From: a bacterium
Lineage (GTDB): Bacteria > Elusimicrobiota > Elusimicrobia > UBA1565 > UBA9628
DNA length: 64,000 bases
NCBI GenBank assembly: GCA_021846045.1
Contig: JAJZCM010000004.1
Span: 1,244-65,243 of the forward strand
Direction of reading: 5' to 3'
The notes under the pieces are model-generated. The model saw nothing but the letters and a program-made list of their open reading frames with translations. It did no database searches and had not been told where the DNA came from. The position numbers and the translations under genes were made by a program. Below, piece by piece: positions 9,796 to 20,141 of this stretch; the first letter of the stretch is position 1; every line of letters begins with the position of its first letter.

Positions 9796-10442
9796 TCGTC
9801 GTTTTACTAGGCGCCCCAGGATCGGGAAAAGGCACCCAAGCCAAATTTTTAAGCGCGAAATATGGGCTCGTGCACTTGGCTACGGGGGATATTTTTCGTA
9901 GCGAAATCGCAGAGAAAACCCCGCTGGGAATCAAGGCTCAGGCCTACGTAAAGACGGGAAAACTGGTCCCCGATGATTTAGTGACGGAAATGGTGGCCGC
10001 GCGGTTTAACTCTAATGAAGGGCGTTATTTATTAGATGGTTTTCCCAGAAATCTCGCTCAAGCCCAATCATTGTCTTCAATTCTTGTCCATGAAAATTTG
10101 TCGATTGATTTGGTCGTTTTGCTCAAGATCTCGCAGGAATTGGCCCTGGAGCGCATTATTTCTCGAAGGGTTTGCTCTCAATGTGGAGAAGTTTACAATA
10201 TCCAGACCAAGCCTGCTTTAAATGGAAAATGTAGGACTTGCGGCGGGGATGTCGTTTTACGGGAAGATGATTTTGAAGCGACCGCTAGAAAACGACTGAT
10301 GGTTTTTGAAGATATTACGCGCCCGATGATCGCCTATTATCAATCAGAGTCCGTTTTTAGAGAGGTCGATGCCAGCCGCAAGCCTGAAGATGTCAATGCG
10401 GCCTTGTCGATGCTTATTGATTCAATTTTCGCCAAATCATGA
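9792..10442 (+). CDS. adk: Adenylate kinase (Zn-lid type)
   Basis: GAPGSGKGTQ, LDGFPR, CSQC/CRTC lid. Confidence 0.97.
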   Translation: MIVVLLGAPGSGKGTQAKFLSAKYGLVHLATGDIFRSEIAEKTPLGIKAQAYVKTGKLVPDDLVTEMVAARFNSNEGRYLLDGFPRNLAQAQSLSSILVHENLSIDLVVLLKISQELALERIISRRVCSQCGEVYNIQTKPALNGKCRTCGGDVVLREDDFEATARKRLMVFEDITRPMIAYYQSESVFREVDASRKPEDVNAALSMLIDSIFAKS

Positions 10443-11221
10443 GTTCCACTGTGCTGACGCCAAAGTCCCCTCGGACAGTAGAGATGAAAACCGAAAAAGA
10501 AATTGCCATGATGCGCCGCGCCGGCGCGGTTGTTGCTGGAGCCTTGGCGATGTTGCGGAAAACTCTATCGGTTGGCATGAGCACCAAGGATATCGACGGG
10601 CTGGCGATGAGCTATCTGGAAAAAAATAACGCCAAACCCGCGTTTTTGGGATATCGGGACTTTCCCGCTTCAATTTGCGTTTCGATCAATTCTGAAGTGG
10701 TTCATGGTATTCCGTCGGCGAAAAGAAAAGTTTCAAATGGTGATATTGTGAGTCTTGATTTCGGCTGTATTGTGGACGGTTTTTACGCGGATGCGGCAGT
10801 GACTGTTCCCGTGGGGAAAGTTTCCGATGAGGCTTTAAAACTAATCCGCGTCACCGAGGAGTCTCTCGAGCGCGGAATCGCGTCAGCCTTAGCTGGAAAT
10901 CGTCTTGGGGATATCGGCTTTGCCGTTCAATCTCATTGCGAACAAGCGGGTTTTTCTGTTGTGCGTGATTTTGTTGGGCATGGCATTGGACGCGCTCTTC
11001 ATGAAGAGCCGCAGGTGCCTAATTATGGCAAGAAGGGAACGGGCCTTCGTTTGGTCTCCGGCATGGCGCTGGCAATTGAGCCGATGGTTAATGCCGGAGG
11101 GCCCGAAGTTCGGATTTTAGACGATGAATGGACGGCGGTAACCCGTGATGGGCGGTTGTCCGCGCATTTTGAACATACGGTAGCCATTACCGATAAAGGG
11201 CCGGAGATTTTAACTCGATGA
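10439..11221 (+). CDS. map: Methionine aminopeptidase type I
   Basis: [34 protein letters not shown]. Confidence 0.97.
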   Translation: MSSTVLTPKSPRTVEMKTEKEIAMMRRAGAVVAGALAMLRKTLSVGMSTKDIDGLAMSYLEKNNAKPAFLGYRDFPASICVSINSEVVHGIPSAKRKVSNGDIVSLDFGCIVDGFYADAAVTVPVGKVSDEALKLIRVTEESLERGIASALAGNRLGDIGFAVQSHCEQAGFSVVRDFVGHGIGRALHEEPQVPNYGKKGTGLRLVSGMALAIEPMVNAGGPEVRILDDEWTAVTRDGRLSAHFEHTVAITDKGPEILTR

Positions 11222-11460
11222 GAAAAATTAATAGCGAAAAAGAAGAAAAGAAAGGCGACAAGATCGAAGTCGAAGGGAGTATCTTAGAAGCCCTTCCTAA
11301 TGCGATGTTTCGGGTTGAAATTGCCCCGGGGAAAATCGTTTTGGCCCATATTTCAGGTCGGATGAGAATGCACTACATTAAAATTTTGCCCGGAGACCGC
11401 GTCAAACTTGAGCTGTCACCTTATGACTTGACCCGCGGGCGTATTGTTTTTAGGGAATAA
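11218..11460 (+). CDS. infA: Translation initiation factor IF-1
   Basis: [27 protein letters not shown]. Confidence 0.98.
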   Translation: MRKINSEKEEKKGDKIEVEGSILEALPNAMFRVEIAPGKIVLAHISGRMRMHYIKILPGDRVKLELSPYDLTRGRIVFRE

Positions 11461-11475
11461 TGGAGAGGTGTTGAA

Positions 11476-11589
11476 ATGAAAGTTAGAGCGAGCGTTAAAC
11501 CGATTTGCCAGAAGTGCAAAGTCATTAAAAGGGGACGAGCTATTCGCGTGTTTTGCTCGAACCCTAAACATAAACAGAGACAAGGATAA
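11476..11589 (+). CDS. rpmJ: 50S ribosomal protein L36 (too short for the ORF track)
   Basis: Translated by hand: [37 protein letters not shown]; SD GGAGAGG upstream. Confidence 0.97.
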   Translation: MKVRASVKPICQKCKVIKRGRAIRVFCSNPKHKQRQG

Positions 11590-11605
11590 GTAAAGGAGAA
11601 CGATT

Positions 11606-12013
11606 ATGGCGCGCGTTGCAGGTGTGGATTTGCCTAAAGGGAAGAGGGTGGATGTCGCTTTGCGGTATTTATATGGATTGGGGAAAACGACATCCAACCA
11701 ACTTCTTCAAAAATTAAACGGAGCCGTTGACCCGGCGACCCGTGTGAAGGATTTGACGGAGAACCAAGTTGGTCTCATCAATAACTTATTGGTTAAGGAA
11801 TACAAAGTTGAGGGAGAATTGCGGCGCGAAATTCAATCCAATGTTCAGCGCTTGCAGGAAATCGGCTCTTTCCGCGGACAGCGGCATCGCCGGAACCTTC
11901 CTCTTCGTGGACAGCGGACGCGGACCAATGCGCGTACCCGTCGCGGACGTCGGAGAACGGTGGGAGCGGGAAAGGCTGAAAAGCCTCAAGCGAAAGCCCC
12001 GGCGAAGGCTTAA
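11606..12013 (+). CDS. rpsM: 30S ribosomal protein S13
   Basis: [22 protein letters not shown]. Confidence 0.98.
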   Translation: MARVAGVDLPKGKRVDVALRYLYGLGKTTSNQLLQKLNGAVDPATRVKDLTENQVGLINNLLVKEYKVEGELRREIQSNVQRLQEIGSFRGQRHRRNLPLRGQRTRTNARTRRGRRRTVGAGKAEKPQAKAPAKA

Positions 12014-12028
12014 GGTTTGGAGGCATTT

Positions 12029-12445
12029 ATGACAGAAGAAAAATCCGGCGCCCAAGGCGCAAAACCGGCAATTCCGGCGAAGAAAAAAAATTGGAAACAT
12101 TTGAGTTTCGCGAAAGTGTTTATTCAGTGTTCCTTTAACAATACGATTGTTTCCTTAACCGACGACAAAGGGGATGTCCTCGCTTGGGCTTCCGCAGGCG
12201 TCAATGGTTTTAAAGGAACAAAAAAGGGAACTCCTTTTGCCGCCGGCGTCACGGCCGGAAAGGTGGCTAAAAAAGCCTTGGAATTGGGAGTCAAGCAGAT
12301 TGTCGTTTTTGTAAAAGGTCCTGGGCCCGGACGGGAAACCGCCGTGCGCGCTCTTGGAAACGCGGGGCTGACGATTCTTTCTTTGAAAGATGTTTCGCCG
12401 CTTCCGCATAATGGGTGCCGGCCGCCGAAGTCGAGGAGGGTGTAA
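12029..12445 (+). CDS. rpsK: 30S ribosomal protein S11
   Basis: [29 protein letters not shown]; SD GGAGG favours ATG 12029. Confidence 0.98.
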   Translation: MTEEKSGAQGAKPAIPAKKKNWKHLSFAKVFIQCSFNNTIVSLTDDKGDVLAWASAGVNGFKGTKKGTPFAAGVTAGKVAKKALELGVKQIVVFVKGPGPGRETAVRALGNAGLTILSLKDVSPLPHNGCRPPKSRRV

Positions 12446-12448
12446 TTC

Positions 12449-13072
12449 ATGGCTAATTATAGCGGACCCGTTTGCAAACTTTGCCGTCGGGAGCAAACCA
12501 AGCTTTTTCTTAAAGGCGACAAGTGCCATACGCGCTGCGTTTTAGATAAGCGTCCAACCAAGCCCGGAATGGCGGGCGTTCAACGGGGAAAAATGTCGGC
12601 TTATGCCGTGCGTTTGAGGGAAAAACAGAAGCTTCGCCGTTTTGTTTTGATGACGGAAAAGCCTTTTCGCCGATGGGTGGAGCAGGCTTCCAAAGCCGCC
12701 AACAGCGGAGCTGAATTATTGACCCTTTTGGAAATGCGGCTTGATAATGTGGTGAGAAGAATGGGAGTCGCTTCTTCTCTCAAAACCGCCCGGCAGATTG
12801 TTTCTCACGGGCATATCAAAGTCAACGGCCGCTGGCTCAATATTCCCTCTTATCGTTGCCGCGTGGGGGATGTCGTCGCCTTGGACCCAAAACTCAAGGA
12901 AAACGTGGGAGTCAAATTGAGCCTTGAAACCGCTCAGAGACTGAACAATCGCCCTAACTATATGGAGTTTGACGTGACCGCAATGTCGGCGAAAGTAACC
13001 CGTTTGCCGGAACGCAGCGAGGTTTCTCTGCCGGTTTCCGAGCAGCTGATTGTCGAATACTATTCAAGATAA
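12449..13072 (+). CDS. rpsD: 30S ribosomal protein S4
   Basis: GPVCKLCRRE, LEMRLDNVV, ARQIVSHGH, IVEYYSR. Confidence 0.98.
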   Translation: MANYSGPVCKLCRREQTKLFLKGDKCHTRCVLDKRPTKPGMAGVQRGKMSAYAVRLREKQKLRRFVLMTEKPFRRWVEQASKAANSGAELLTLLEMRLDNVVRRMGVASSLKTARQIVSHGHIKVNGRWLNIPSYRCRVGDVVALDPKLKENVGVKLSLETAQRLNNRPNYMEFDVTAMSAKVTRLPERSEVSLPVSEQLIVEYYSR

Positions 13073-13090
13073 AACTAGAGAGAGGATGCC

Positions 13091-14092
13091 ATGGCCCATT
13101 ACAAAGAATTGATCTTTCCGCAAAAATTGAGCGTAGATGAGCGGACGATGTCCGATAGTTACGCAAAATTCGTCGCAGAGCCTTATGAAAGAGGCTACGG
13201 ACACACGGTTGGAAATGCGCTCAGACGCGTTCTTCTTTCCAGCCTTGAGGGAGCGGCCGTGACCGCCGTCCGCGTGGAAAAAGCTCCTCATGAGTACATG
13301 ACGATTCCGGGAGTGCGGGAAGATGTGATGAATATTCTTCTCAATCTCAAGAAACTCAGGCTTAAAATGTTCTCTTCCGGACCTGAAATTCTTTATTTAG
13401 AAGCCAACAAAGAAGGCGCGGTTGTGGCGTCTCATATTCAGAAAAACGCCAACGTGGAGATCGTTAATGGGAATTTGGTCTTGGCTCATCTTGAGCCTGG
13501 CGCCAAATTATCGATGGAAATCGAAGTTTCACGCGGGCGCGGATATATCACTGCGGATGAACTTCGCAATCAGAATCACTGGCCGGCCGGGTTTGTTCCG
13601 CTGGATGCTTTATTCTCGCCTGTTTCCAAGGTCCATTATGATGTTGAAAATGCGCGCGTTGGCCAAGTCACCGATTATGATCGCCTGATTTTGGAAATTT
13701 GGACTGATTCGACACTGAACCCCGCGGAAGCGTTGATTCAGGCCTCCAAACTTCTGAGAGAATCTCTCAATATCTTTATCCCCGAGGAAGAGGGCGCTTC
13801 TGCCGCAGGGGCCTCCGAAGCGGGAAGCGTCGAAGGCGTCCCTGAGGCGAAACTCAAGGATATCTTGAACCAATCGGTCGACATGATTGAGTTGTCCTCC
13901 CGCGCGGCCAATTGCCTGAAAGTCGCCCATATTAAAACGGTGGGCGAATTAGTCTCAAAGCGGGACGAAGAGCTTCTCGCAGTTAAAAATTTCGGGCAGA
14001 AGTCGCTTGATGAAATTAAAGAACGGCTGAAAGATATGGGCCTATCTTTGGGAATGGATGTTCCCGAAGGGTCCGTTTCCTCCGCCTCTTAA
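13091..14092 (+). CDS. rpoA: RNA polymerase alpha subunit
   Basis: EPYERGYGHTVGNALRRVLLSS, DYDRL, KNFGQKSL. Confidence 0.98.
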   Translation: MAHYKELIFPQKLSVDERTMSDSYAKFVAEPYERGYGHTVGNALRRVLLSSLEGAAVTAVRVEKAPHEYMTIPGVREDVMNILLNLKKLRLKMFSSGPEILYLEANKEGAVVASHIQKNANVEIVNGNLVLAHLEPGAKLSMEIEVSRGRGYITADELRNQNHWPAGFVPLDALFSPVSKVHYDVENARVGQVTDYDRLILEIWTDSTLNPAEALIQASKLLRESLNIFIPEEEGASAAGASEAGSVEGVPEAKLKDILNQSVDMIELSSRAANCLKVAHIKTVGELVSKRDEELLAVKNFGQKSLDEIKERLKDMGLSLGMDVPEGSVSSAS

Positions 14093-14117
14093 AAAAGCCG
14101 GTTTTTGAGGAGACTTT

Positions 14118-14462
14118 ATGGTAAAAAATATGGGAGCGCGAAAGTTGGGCGTCACCTCTTCCCATCGCCGCGCGATGTTGAGAAATATGGCGACAAGCTT
14201 GTTTATTCACGAGAAGGTGGAGACTACTTTGGCCAAGGCCAAGGAGTTGAGGCCTTTTGCCGAACGCATTATCACCGCCGCAAAAAAAGGCCAGCACTAT
14301 ATGGTTCGTCGCCAGGTTCAAGATAAAAAAGCTTATGAGAAACTTTTTGATACCTTGGCTCAGCGCTATACCTCTCGTCCTGGCGGCTACGTTCGCATCT
14401 TGAAGCTCGCGCAAAGACAAGGCGACGGAGCGCAACGCGGTTTAGTCGAGCTTTTATCGTAG
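14118..14462 (+). CDS. rplQ: 50S ribosomal protein L17
   Basis: HRRAMLRN, TTLAKAKELR, RPGGYVRI. Confidence 0.97.
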   Translation: MVKNMGARKLGVTSSHRRAMLRNMATSLFIHEKVETTLAKAKELRPFAERIITAAKKGQHYMVRRQVQDKKAYEKLFDTLAQRYTSRPGGYVRILKLAQRQGDGAQRGLVELLS

Positions 14463-14471
14463 AATATACCA

Positions 14472-15512
14472 ATGCTTGATTTTTTCTTCCGCCTTTTCTC
14501 CAACGACATGGGCATTGACCTGGGCACTGCCAATACCTTGGTCTATGTTAAAGGCCAGGGAATTGTTTTAAGAGAGCCCTCCGTTGTCGCCATCGATCGG
14601 GAAAGTCGGCGTTTATTAGCCATCGGCGCCGAAGCAAAAAAAATGCTGGGGCGCACTCCGGCATCAATCATCGCGGTTCGTCCTCTCAAGAACGGAGTGA
14701 TCGCCGATTTTGAAGCGACGCAAGAGATGATTAAGTATTTCATCCGCAAAGTGCATAATCGCCGTTCTCTTCTGCATCCGCGGGTCGTGATTGGAATTCC
14801 TTCGGGAATTACCGAAGTGGAAAGAAGAGCCGTTCAGGAATCGGCTCAACAGGCGGGAGCGCGAGATGTGCATCTGATCGAAGAGCCGATGGCCGCGGCT
14901 ATTGGGGCGGATTTGCCGATTTCCGAGCCGAGAGGCAATTTTATCGTGGATATCGGCGGTGGAACGACGGAAGCGGCCGTGATTTCTTTGGGCGGTTTAG
15001 TTGTTTCCAAATCCCTGGATATCGCCGGAGACGAGATGGATGAGGCCATTGTCGCCCATTTCCGCAGAAAATATAATTTGTTGATTGGGGAATCGACGGC
15101 TGAGGAAGTGAAAATTCAGATCGGCTCGGTTTTCCCCTTAAAAGAAGAAAAGACGATGGAGGTTAAAGGAAGAGATCAGGCGACCGGGTTGCCTAAGACC
15201 GTTTTAATTACTTCTGAAGAGGTCAGGCAAGCCCTTTTAGATCCGGTTCAACTGATACTAGACGTCATTAAGAACACTTTAGAAGAAACGCCTGCGGAGT
15301 TGTCCGCCGATTTGGTTGATCGTGGCATTATGCTTGCAGGAGGGGGATCGCTTCTTCGCGGCCTCCCTGACTTGATTCGGCAGGAAACCGAGCTTCCAGT
15401 TCATCGCTCGGCCGATCCCCTGAGCTGCGTTGCTATCGGGACCGGTAAATTCCTGGAAGAACTTGACCGTATAATGGAACACCGCCACAGATTTGCCGTG
15501 ACCCGCTCCTAG
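14472..15512 (+). CDS. mreB: Rod shape-determining actin-like protein MreB
   Basis: [38 protein letters not shown]. Confidence 0.98.
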   Translation: MLDFFFRLFSNDMGIDLGTANTLVYVKGQGIVLREPSVVAIDRESRRLLAIGAEAKKMLGRTPASIIAVRPLKNGVIADFEATQEMIKYFIRKVHNRRSLLHPRVVIGIPSGITEVERRAVQESAQQAGARDVHLIEEPMAAAIGADLPISEPRGNFIVDIGGGTTEAAVISLGGLVVSKSLDIAGDEMDEAIVAHFRRKYNLLIGESTAEEVKIQIGSVFPLKEEKTMEVKGRDQATGLPKTVLITSEEVRQALLDPVQLILDVIKNTLEETPAELSADLVDRGIMLAGGGSLLRGLPDLIRQETELPVHRSADPLSCVAIGTGKFLEELDRIMEHRHRFAVTRS

Positions 15513-15594
15513 TTTGCGCTATTTGGAGTTGGAATTTCTGCCCGTCGGCGTTGTGTGTTCTTCCTAAAGAAGCGTTGTCTCTAACTAATTGAAT

Positions 15595-16452
15595 ATGCAC
15601 CGCGAGTTGCGGCTAGCCAATCGACTGGCGATTTTCTTCGTTGGAATTTCCGTCCTTCTTCTTTCCTTGCCCTTATCTGGGCCGGTCGCTTCTTTTAAAT
15701 TTGCCCTGCAATATTTGATTGAGCCGGAACTTTATCAGGGTTCTATCGGTCTTGAACGTTTGTCTGAGTTGCCGTCTTCTCTGAAAAAATTATTGCAGGC
15801 CGACATTCAAAATAGGAGTTTAACAGATCAAATCAAAATGGAGCCGGTCTTGGAATCGGAAATCGAGTCGTTAAAAACTGAAAACGATCGATTGCGCTCC
15901 GAAATGGATTTAGGAAAGAGGATTTCCTTTTCATTTGCCTGGGCGCGGGTAGTTAAAAGATCCCCCGCTGATTGGTATCAGGATTTTATTATTTCAATTG
16001 GGAAAAACAAAGGGATTGATCCCAATGATCCGGTTTTTGCCGTCAATGGCCGTAGTCTTGCCGCAATAGGGCGGGTGGTTGAGGTTCGCTCCAATACTGC
16101 GGTCGTTCAGTTGCTGACTAGCGATATTTCTGCGGTTGACTCTTTTATCGTATCTCAAAGTTCCCACACCCACGGGGCGTTTAATGGGCTTGTCCAAGGG
16201 TTGGCCGCTCCGGATTTGCAGATTAGCTATCTTCCGGTTCAAGCCCCCCTCAAGGAAGGAGACAAGGTTTATACTTCTCCCAATAGCGCGAGTTTTCCTC
16301 CATCTATCTTTATTGGGACAGTCGCCAAGGTCTATCCTGTCGATCCATTTCTAATTTTCAAATCCGCCGATATCCGCCCGGCTTTATCGCCGTCCGAGAT
16401 TAATGAGGTTTTAGTGGGCCGCGGAATTAGGAAGACGGAAATCAGCCGATGA
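15595..16452 (+). CDS. mreC: Rod shape-determining protein MreC
   Basis: N-terminal TM, coiled coil LKTENDRLR, IGRVVEV..NTAVVQLLT; follows mreB. Confidence 0.9.
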   Translation: MHRELRLANRLAIFFVGISVLLLSLPLSGPVASFKFALQYLIEPELYQGSIGLERLSELPSSLKKLLQADIQNRSLTDQIKMEPVLESEIESLKTENDRLRSEMDLGKRISFSFAWARVVKRSPADWYQDFIISIGKNKGIDPNDPVFAVNGRSLAAIGRVVEVRSNTAVVQLLTSDISAVDSFIVSQSSHTHGAFNGLVQGLAAPDLQISYLPVQAPLKEGDKVYTSPNSASFPPSIFIGTVAKVYPVDPFLIFKSADIRPALSPSEINEVLVGRGIRKTEISR

Positions 16453-16946
16453 AATTGATCAAGGGCGCGGCAATTTTTTTCTTCGGATTAGTGGGAGAGT
16501 GGATTTTTTCGCGCTATTTATCGTTCCACGGACTTAACCCCCAGATTTTATTGATTTTAACAATCGGCGTGGCGGCTTTCAACGGCACTCCTGAAGCGAT
16601 GGTGTTTGGGTTTTTCTGGGGTCTTTGTTGGGACGCGCTAAGTCTCAATTTGTTCGGCGCGCGAGCTTTGGCTTTGACCCTGGTTGCCTATGGGCTTGGT
16701 CTCGTCAGGAGGCAGGTGGATATGGTTACCCCGGGAGCGCAGGCTATTGTCGCTGTTATCGCGACGGTTCTCTATCGGATGCTCCTGGGATTTATTTATC
16801 TGATTTTCTCCGGTCAGTTCTTGTGGCTGGGATGGACGATTTTCCTTCTTGAACCTGTTTATAACGGTATTTTCTGTTTTATCTTGGCCATTCTACGGCC
16901 CAATTCTTATTTCTCCTCGTCTAGGCGCGGAAGCATTCTTTCATGA
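16449..16946 (+). CDS. mreD: Rod shape-determining protein MreD
   Basis: Polytopic membrane protein with GFFWGLCWD; position in the operon. Confidence 0.87.
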   Translation: MKLIKGAAIFFFGLVGEWIFSRYLSFHGLNPQILLILTIGVAAFNGTPEAMVFGFFWGLCWDALSLNLFGARALALTLVAYGLGLVRRQVDMVTPGAQAIVAVIATVLYRMLLGFIYLIFSGQFLWLGWTIFLLEPVYNGIFCFILAILRPNSYFSSSRRGSILS

Positions 16947-18781
16947 AAAGAAATTTTTCTGCCGAGAGAATGAGGATACTCCTAATGGGGTTTTTTATCA
17001 TATCGGTTGTGATGATCCTAAGGCTTTTCCAGATGCAAATTTTGGAGAGAGCTTCTTATACGCTAGCTGCGGAGCGCAATCGCACCGAGATGGTGTATCA
17101 AACGGCTCCTCGAGGGATTATTTACGATAGAAACGGCGTCCCCCTTGCGACCAACGAGCCGGTTTTTTCCCTCATTTATCTTCCATCGCAATCGACCACT
17201 CAATCTGAGTTGAACCGTTTAGCCGATGAGTTAAGCCGTACCCTGAGGCAAAATCCAGAGGACATATTGGCGAAGCTGGAACAGGCTAGATCGGCTCGGA
17301 CGGCTTTGCGCATCGCCGAAAACCTGCCAGTGCCGGTGATGTTTCGACTCTCGGAGTTAAAGCCCTTTTATCCTGGAATAGATTTGGTGTTGGAAGCGCG
17401 GCGCTATTATCCTTTCGGGTCCTTTGCAAGCCACTTGATCGGCTACATGGGTAAAATTAATCCCAGACAGTGGGTTCGCCTAAAAGCCCGGAATTATCGC
17501 ATGGATTCCCGGATCGGGCGCTTGGGAGTTGAATCGGTTTTTGAAAGGCAGTTGCGGGGAACAGACGGCGCCGTCAAAATAGAGGTCGACGCGCATGGGA
17601 AGATCCAAAAGATTTTAAGACGTCTTCCATGGAAAGACGGGCGGAATGTGCATTTAACTTTGGACGCCATTGTTCAAAAAGCCGCCGATGAGGGGCTGAG
17701 CCGTACTTCGACTCGGAGAGGAGCCGTGGTCGCTTTAGATCCGTCCAACGGCGACATTCTTGCGTTCGCGGCGGCTCCTGATTTCGATCCCAATCAGTTT
17801 TTAGGCGCCGATCCGTTCTCCCTTGATTATTCGACCTTTGTTCCCTCTTCGGTGCCTGAATTTGATCGCGCGATTTCCGGGCTTTATGCCCCGGGCTCGA
17901 TCTTTAAAACAATCGTCTCCGTGGCGGGAATTAATGAGGGAAAATTAGATCCCTCGCAAATTGTTTTTTGTCCTGGTTATTTTAGGCTTGGCCGGAGAAC
18001 CTTCTTGTGTTGGAATCATCGCGGGCATGGGAATGTCGATTTTTTTACCGGCCTTGCAGAGTCCTGTGACGTCTATTTTTATAAGATGGGTCTCGTTATC
18101 GGCGCGGATTTGATCGAGAAATACGAAAAGATTTTTCATTTGGGGAAAAAAACCGGGATTGCCTTAAAGGGCGAGGAGGCCGGTAATTTGTTCGGTCCTG
18201 AAACCTCCATGCAAGAAGGAAAGACTTGGGTTGGAGGGAACACTCTTAATCTCGCGATTGGTCAAGGTCGTCTTTTGGTCACCCCAATTCAGATGGCGGT
18301 GGTTGCCGCAGCCTTGGCTAATCATGGAACTTTATGGAGGCCTCAATACTTGAGATCCATCGCTCCAGAAAGCAACGGGGAAATTTTAAGACAAAGCCCC
18401 CAGCAAATCGGTTTCGTTCGGGCGAGCAAGAAGACCTGGAATTTATTGGACCAGGCGATGGCCTTGGTAGTCGCCTCGGGGACGGCCCGGGGGGCCGCCA
18501 TCAAGGGAATTGAGGTCTGGGGAAAAACAGGAACTGCGCAGAACTCTTCCGGCAAGGATCATGCCTGGTTTATCGCTTTTGCGGCCAAACCCGGACAAGC
18601 CCCTTCGATTGCGGTTTCAGTCCTAGTTGAAAACGGCGGCCATGGGGCTTCCGCCGCCGTTCCTATTGCGCGGCAGGTCATCGCCGCTGCCTTTCGGGTT
18701 GGAAAAAAAATTCAATATCAATGGCCTAAATCTTCACCTAAGAAGATTGATTCTTCCGCCGTGAAGGGAGAGACGCTATGA
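16943..18781 (+). CDS. mrdA: Penicillin-binding protein 2
   Basis: APRGIIYDRNG; transpeptidase motifs PGSIFK, SCD, KTGTAQ. Confidence 0.96.
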   Translation: MKRNFSAERMRILLMGFFIISVVMILRLFQMQILERASYTLAAERNRTEMVYQTAPRGIIYDRNGVPLATNEPVFSLIYLPSQSTTQSELNRLADELSRTLRQNPEDILAKLEQARSARTALRIAENLPVPVMFRLSELKPFYPGIDLVLEARRYYPFGSFASHLIGYMGKINPRQWVRLKARNYRMDSRIGRLGVESVFERQLRGTDGAVKIEVDAHGKIQKILRRLPWKDGRNVHLTLDAIVQKAADEGLSRTSTRRGAVVALDPSNGDILAFAAAPDFDPNQFLGADPFSLDYSTFVPSSVPEFDRAISGLYAPGSIFKTIVSVAGINEGKLDPSQIVFCPGYFRLGRRTFLCWNHRGHGNVDFFTGLAESCDVYFYKMGLVIGADLIEKYEKIFHLGKKTGIALKGEEAGNLFGPETSMQEGKTWVGGNTLNLAIGQGRLLVTPIQMAVVAAALANHGTLWRPQYLRSIAPESNGEILRQSPQQIGFVRASKKTWNLLDQAMALVVASGTARGAAIKGIEVWGKTGTAQNSSGKDHAWFIAFAAKPGQAPSIAVSVLVENGGHGASAAVPIARQVIAAAFRVGKKIQYQWPKSSPKKIDSSAVKGETL

Positions 18782-20121
18782 CGCCCCTTTCTCATTCATC
18801 CGCAAGAAAGAGCCGTCTTGACGGCGCTTTCCTGGGCTCGGTCTTGGCTCTTCTCGTCGTGGGGAGTTTGGCGGTTCTGTCGGCCGCCCGGCCTCTTCCG
18901 TATTACCATCAAGCCCTTGAGCGCCATTTCTCAGCCATGTTTTTTGGCCTTCTTATTTTTGCCGTCGCCGCGAATTTCGCTTATGAGGCCTATGAAGACC
19001 AATTCTGGGTTATTTATGGGACCGTTATTTTCTGCCTCGTCGCGGTCCTGATTTTTGGGACTGTTCATAAAGGCCATCGTTCCTGGATTCAATTGGGTTT
19101 TTTCGCATTCCAACCATCGGAATTCGCCCGAGTCGGGATGGTGTTAATTTTGGCCTCGATTCTTGACAAAAGAGCATTGAAGATGGAGTATGTCTCGACG
19201 GTCTTTATGTCCTTGGCGGCTATTTTGCCGATCGCGGCTTTGATTGTCAAACAACCCGATTTCTCGATGACATTGACTCTTTTTCCTATTTTCTTCGCGA
19301 TGCTTTTTTGCGCTGGAGCCGAATGGGAACATTTGGCGGGTTTCATCGTATTGGCTATTGCCGCGATTTCAATGCCGTTTCTCTATCTATTTTTGAGCGT
19401 CTATCATCCCTTCCCCGTTTCAGGAAGTTTTCTCCGGTTCTTCATGGAGGTATTTAGTTCCAAGGAGTCTGAGTTTGTGTTGGTTTTGGTTTTGGCCGTT
19501 ATTTTTGGGGCAGCCTATTATCTTAATCACTTGATGCATTGGCGCTTAAGAATGAGACTGTTTTTTATTTTTTGGATGTTGCTGACTTCAGGGGTCGTGG
19601 CGGGAATCACGGTCAGCCATAAGCTGAAGGGATATCAAAAAAGCCGGTTTACCGCTTATATCAATCCTCATTCCGATATCCATGGAGCGGCTTATCACGT
19701 CCATCAATCGCAGATTGCCATAGGATCCGGCGGAATCGTGGGAAAGGGACTTTTCTCCGGAACCCAGTCGCAGTTGGGTTTTCTCCCCGAACGGCACACG
19801 GATTTCATTTATTCCGTTATCGGTGAAGAGACGGGGTTTGTTGGCGCCGTCCTCGTCGTTCTTCTTTATTCGGGAATGATTTGGAGGATTGCCGATATAG
19901 GCTTTAACGCACGGGATCGCTACGGGTATCTAGTCTGTTGTGGAATTGGAGCGATGTTTGCCTTTGATTTCATTTTGAATGTAGGGATGTGCCTAGGGCT
20001 TTTTCCGGTCGCAGGAATTCCGCTCCCCTTGCTTTCCTACGGAGGATCCAGCTTGATGGCTAGTTTATGGTCTTTAGGAATTGTCGCTAATGTCGGTAGG
20101 CGCAAGTATGCGCTTTTATAA
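18778..20121 (+). CDS. rodA: Rod shape-determining protein RodA (SEDS family), with internal insertion
   Basis: FQPSEF, QPDFS, QSQIAIGSGG, PERHTDFI, IPLPLLSYGGSS. Confidence 0.95.
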   Translation: MTPLSHSSARKSRLDGAFLGSVLALLVVGSLAVLSAARPLPYYHQALERHFSAMFFGLLIFAVAANFAYEAYEDQFWVIYGTVIFCLVAVLIFGTVHKGHRSWIQLGFFAFQPSEFARVGMVLILASILDKRALKMEYVSTVFMSLAAILPIAALIVKQPDFSMTLTLFPIFFAMLFCAGAEWEHLAGFIVLAIAAISMPFLYLFLSVYHPFPVSGSFLRFFMEVFSSKESEFVLVLVLAVIFGAAYYLNHLMHWRLRMRLFFIFWMLLTSGVVAGITVSHKLKGYQKSRFTAYINPHSDIHGAAYHVHQSQIAIGSGGIVGKGLFSGTQSQLGFLPERHTDFIYSVIGEETGFVGAVLVVLLYSGMIWRIADIGFNARDRYGYLVCCGIGAMFAFDFILNVGMCLGLFPVAGIPLPLLSYGGSSLMASLWSLGIVANVGRRKYALL

Positions 20122-20141
20122 AATTTGATAGGAGGATGGTC

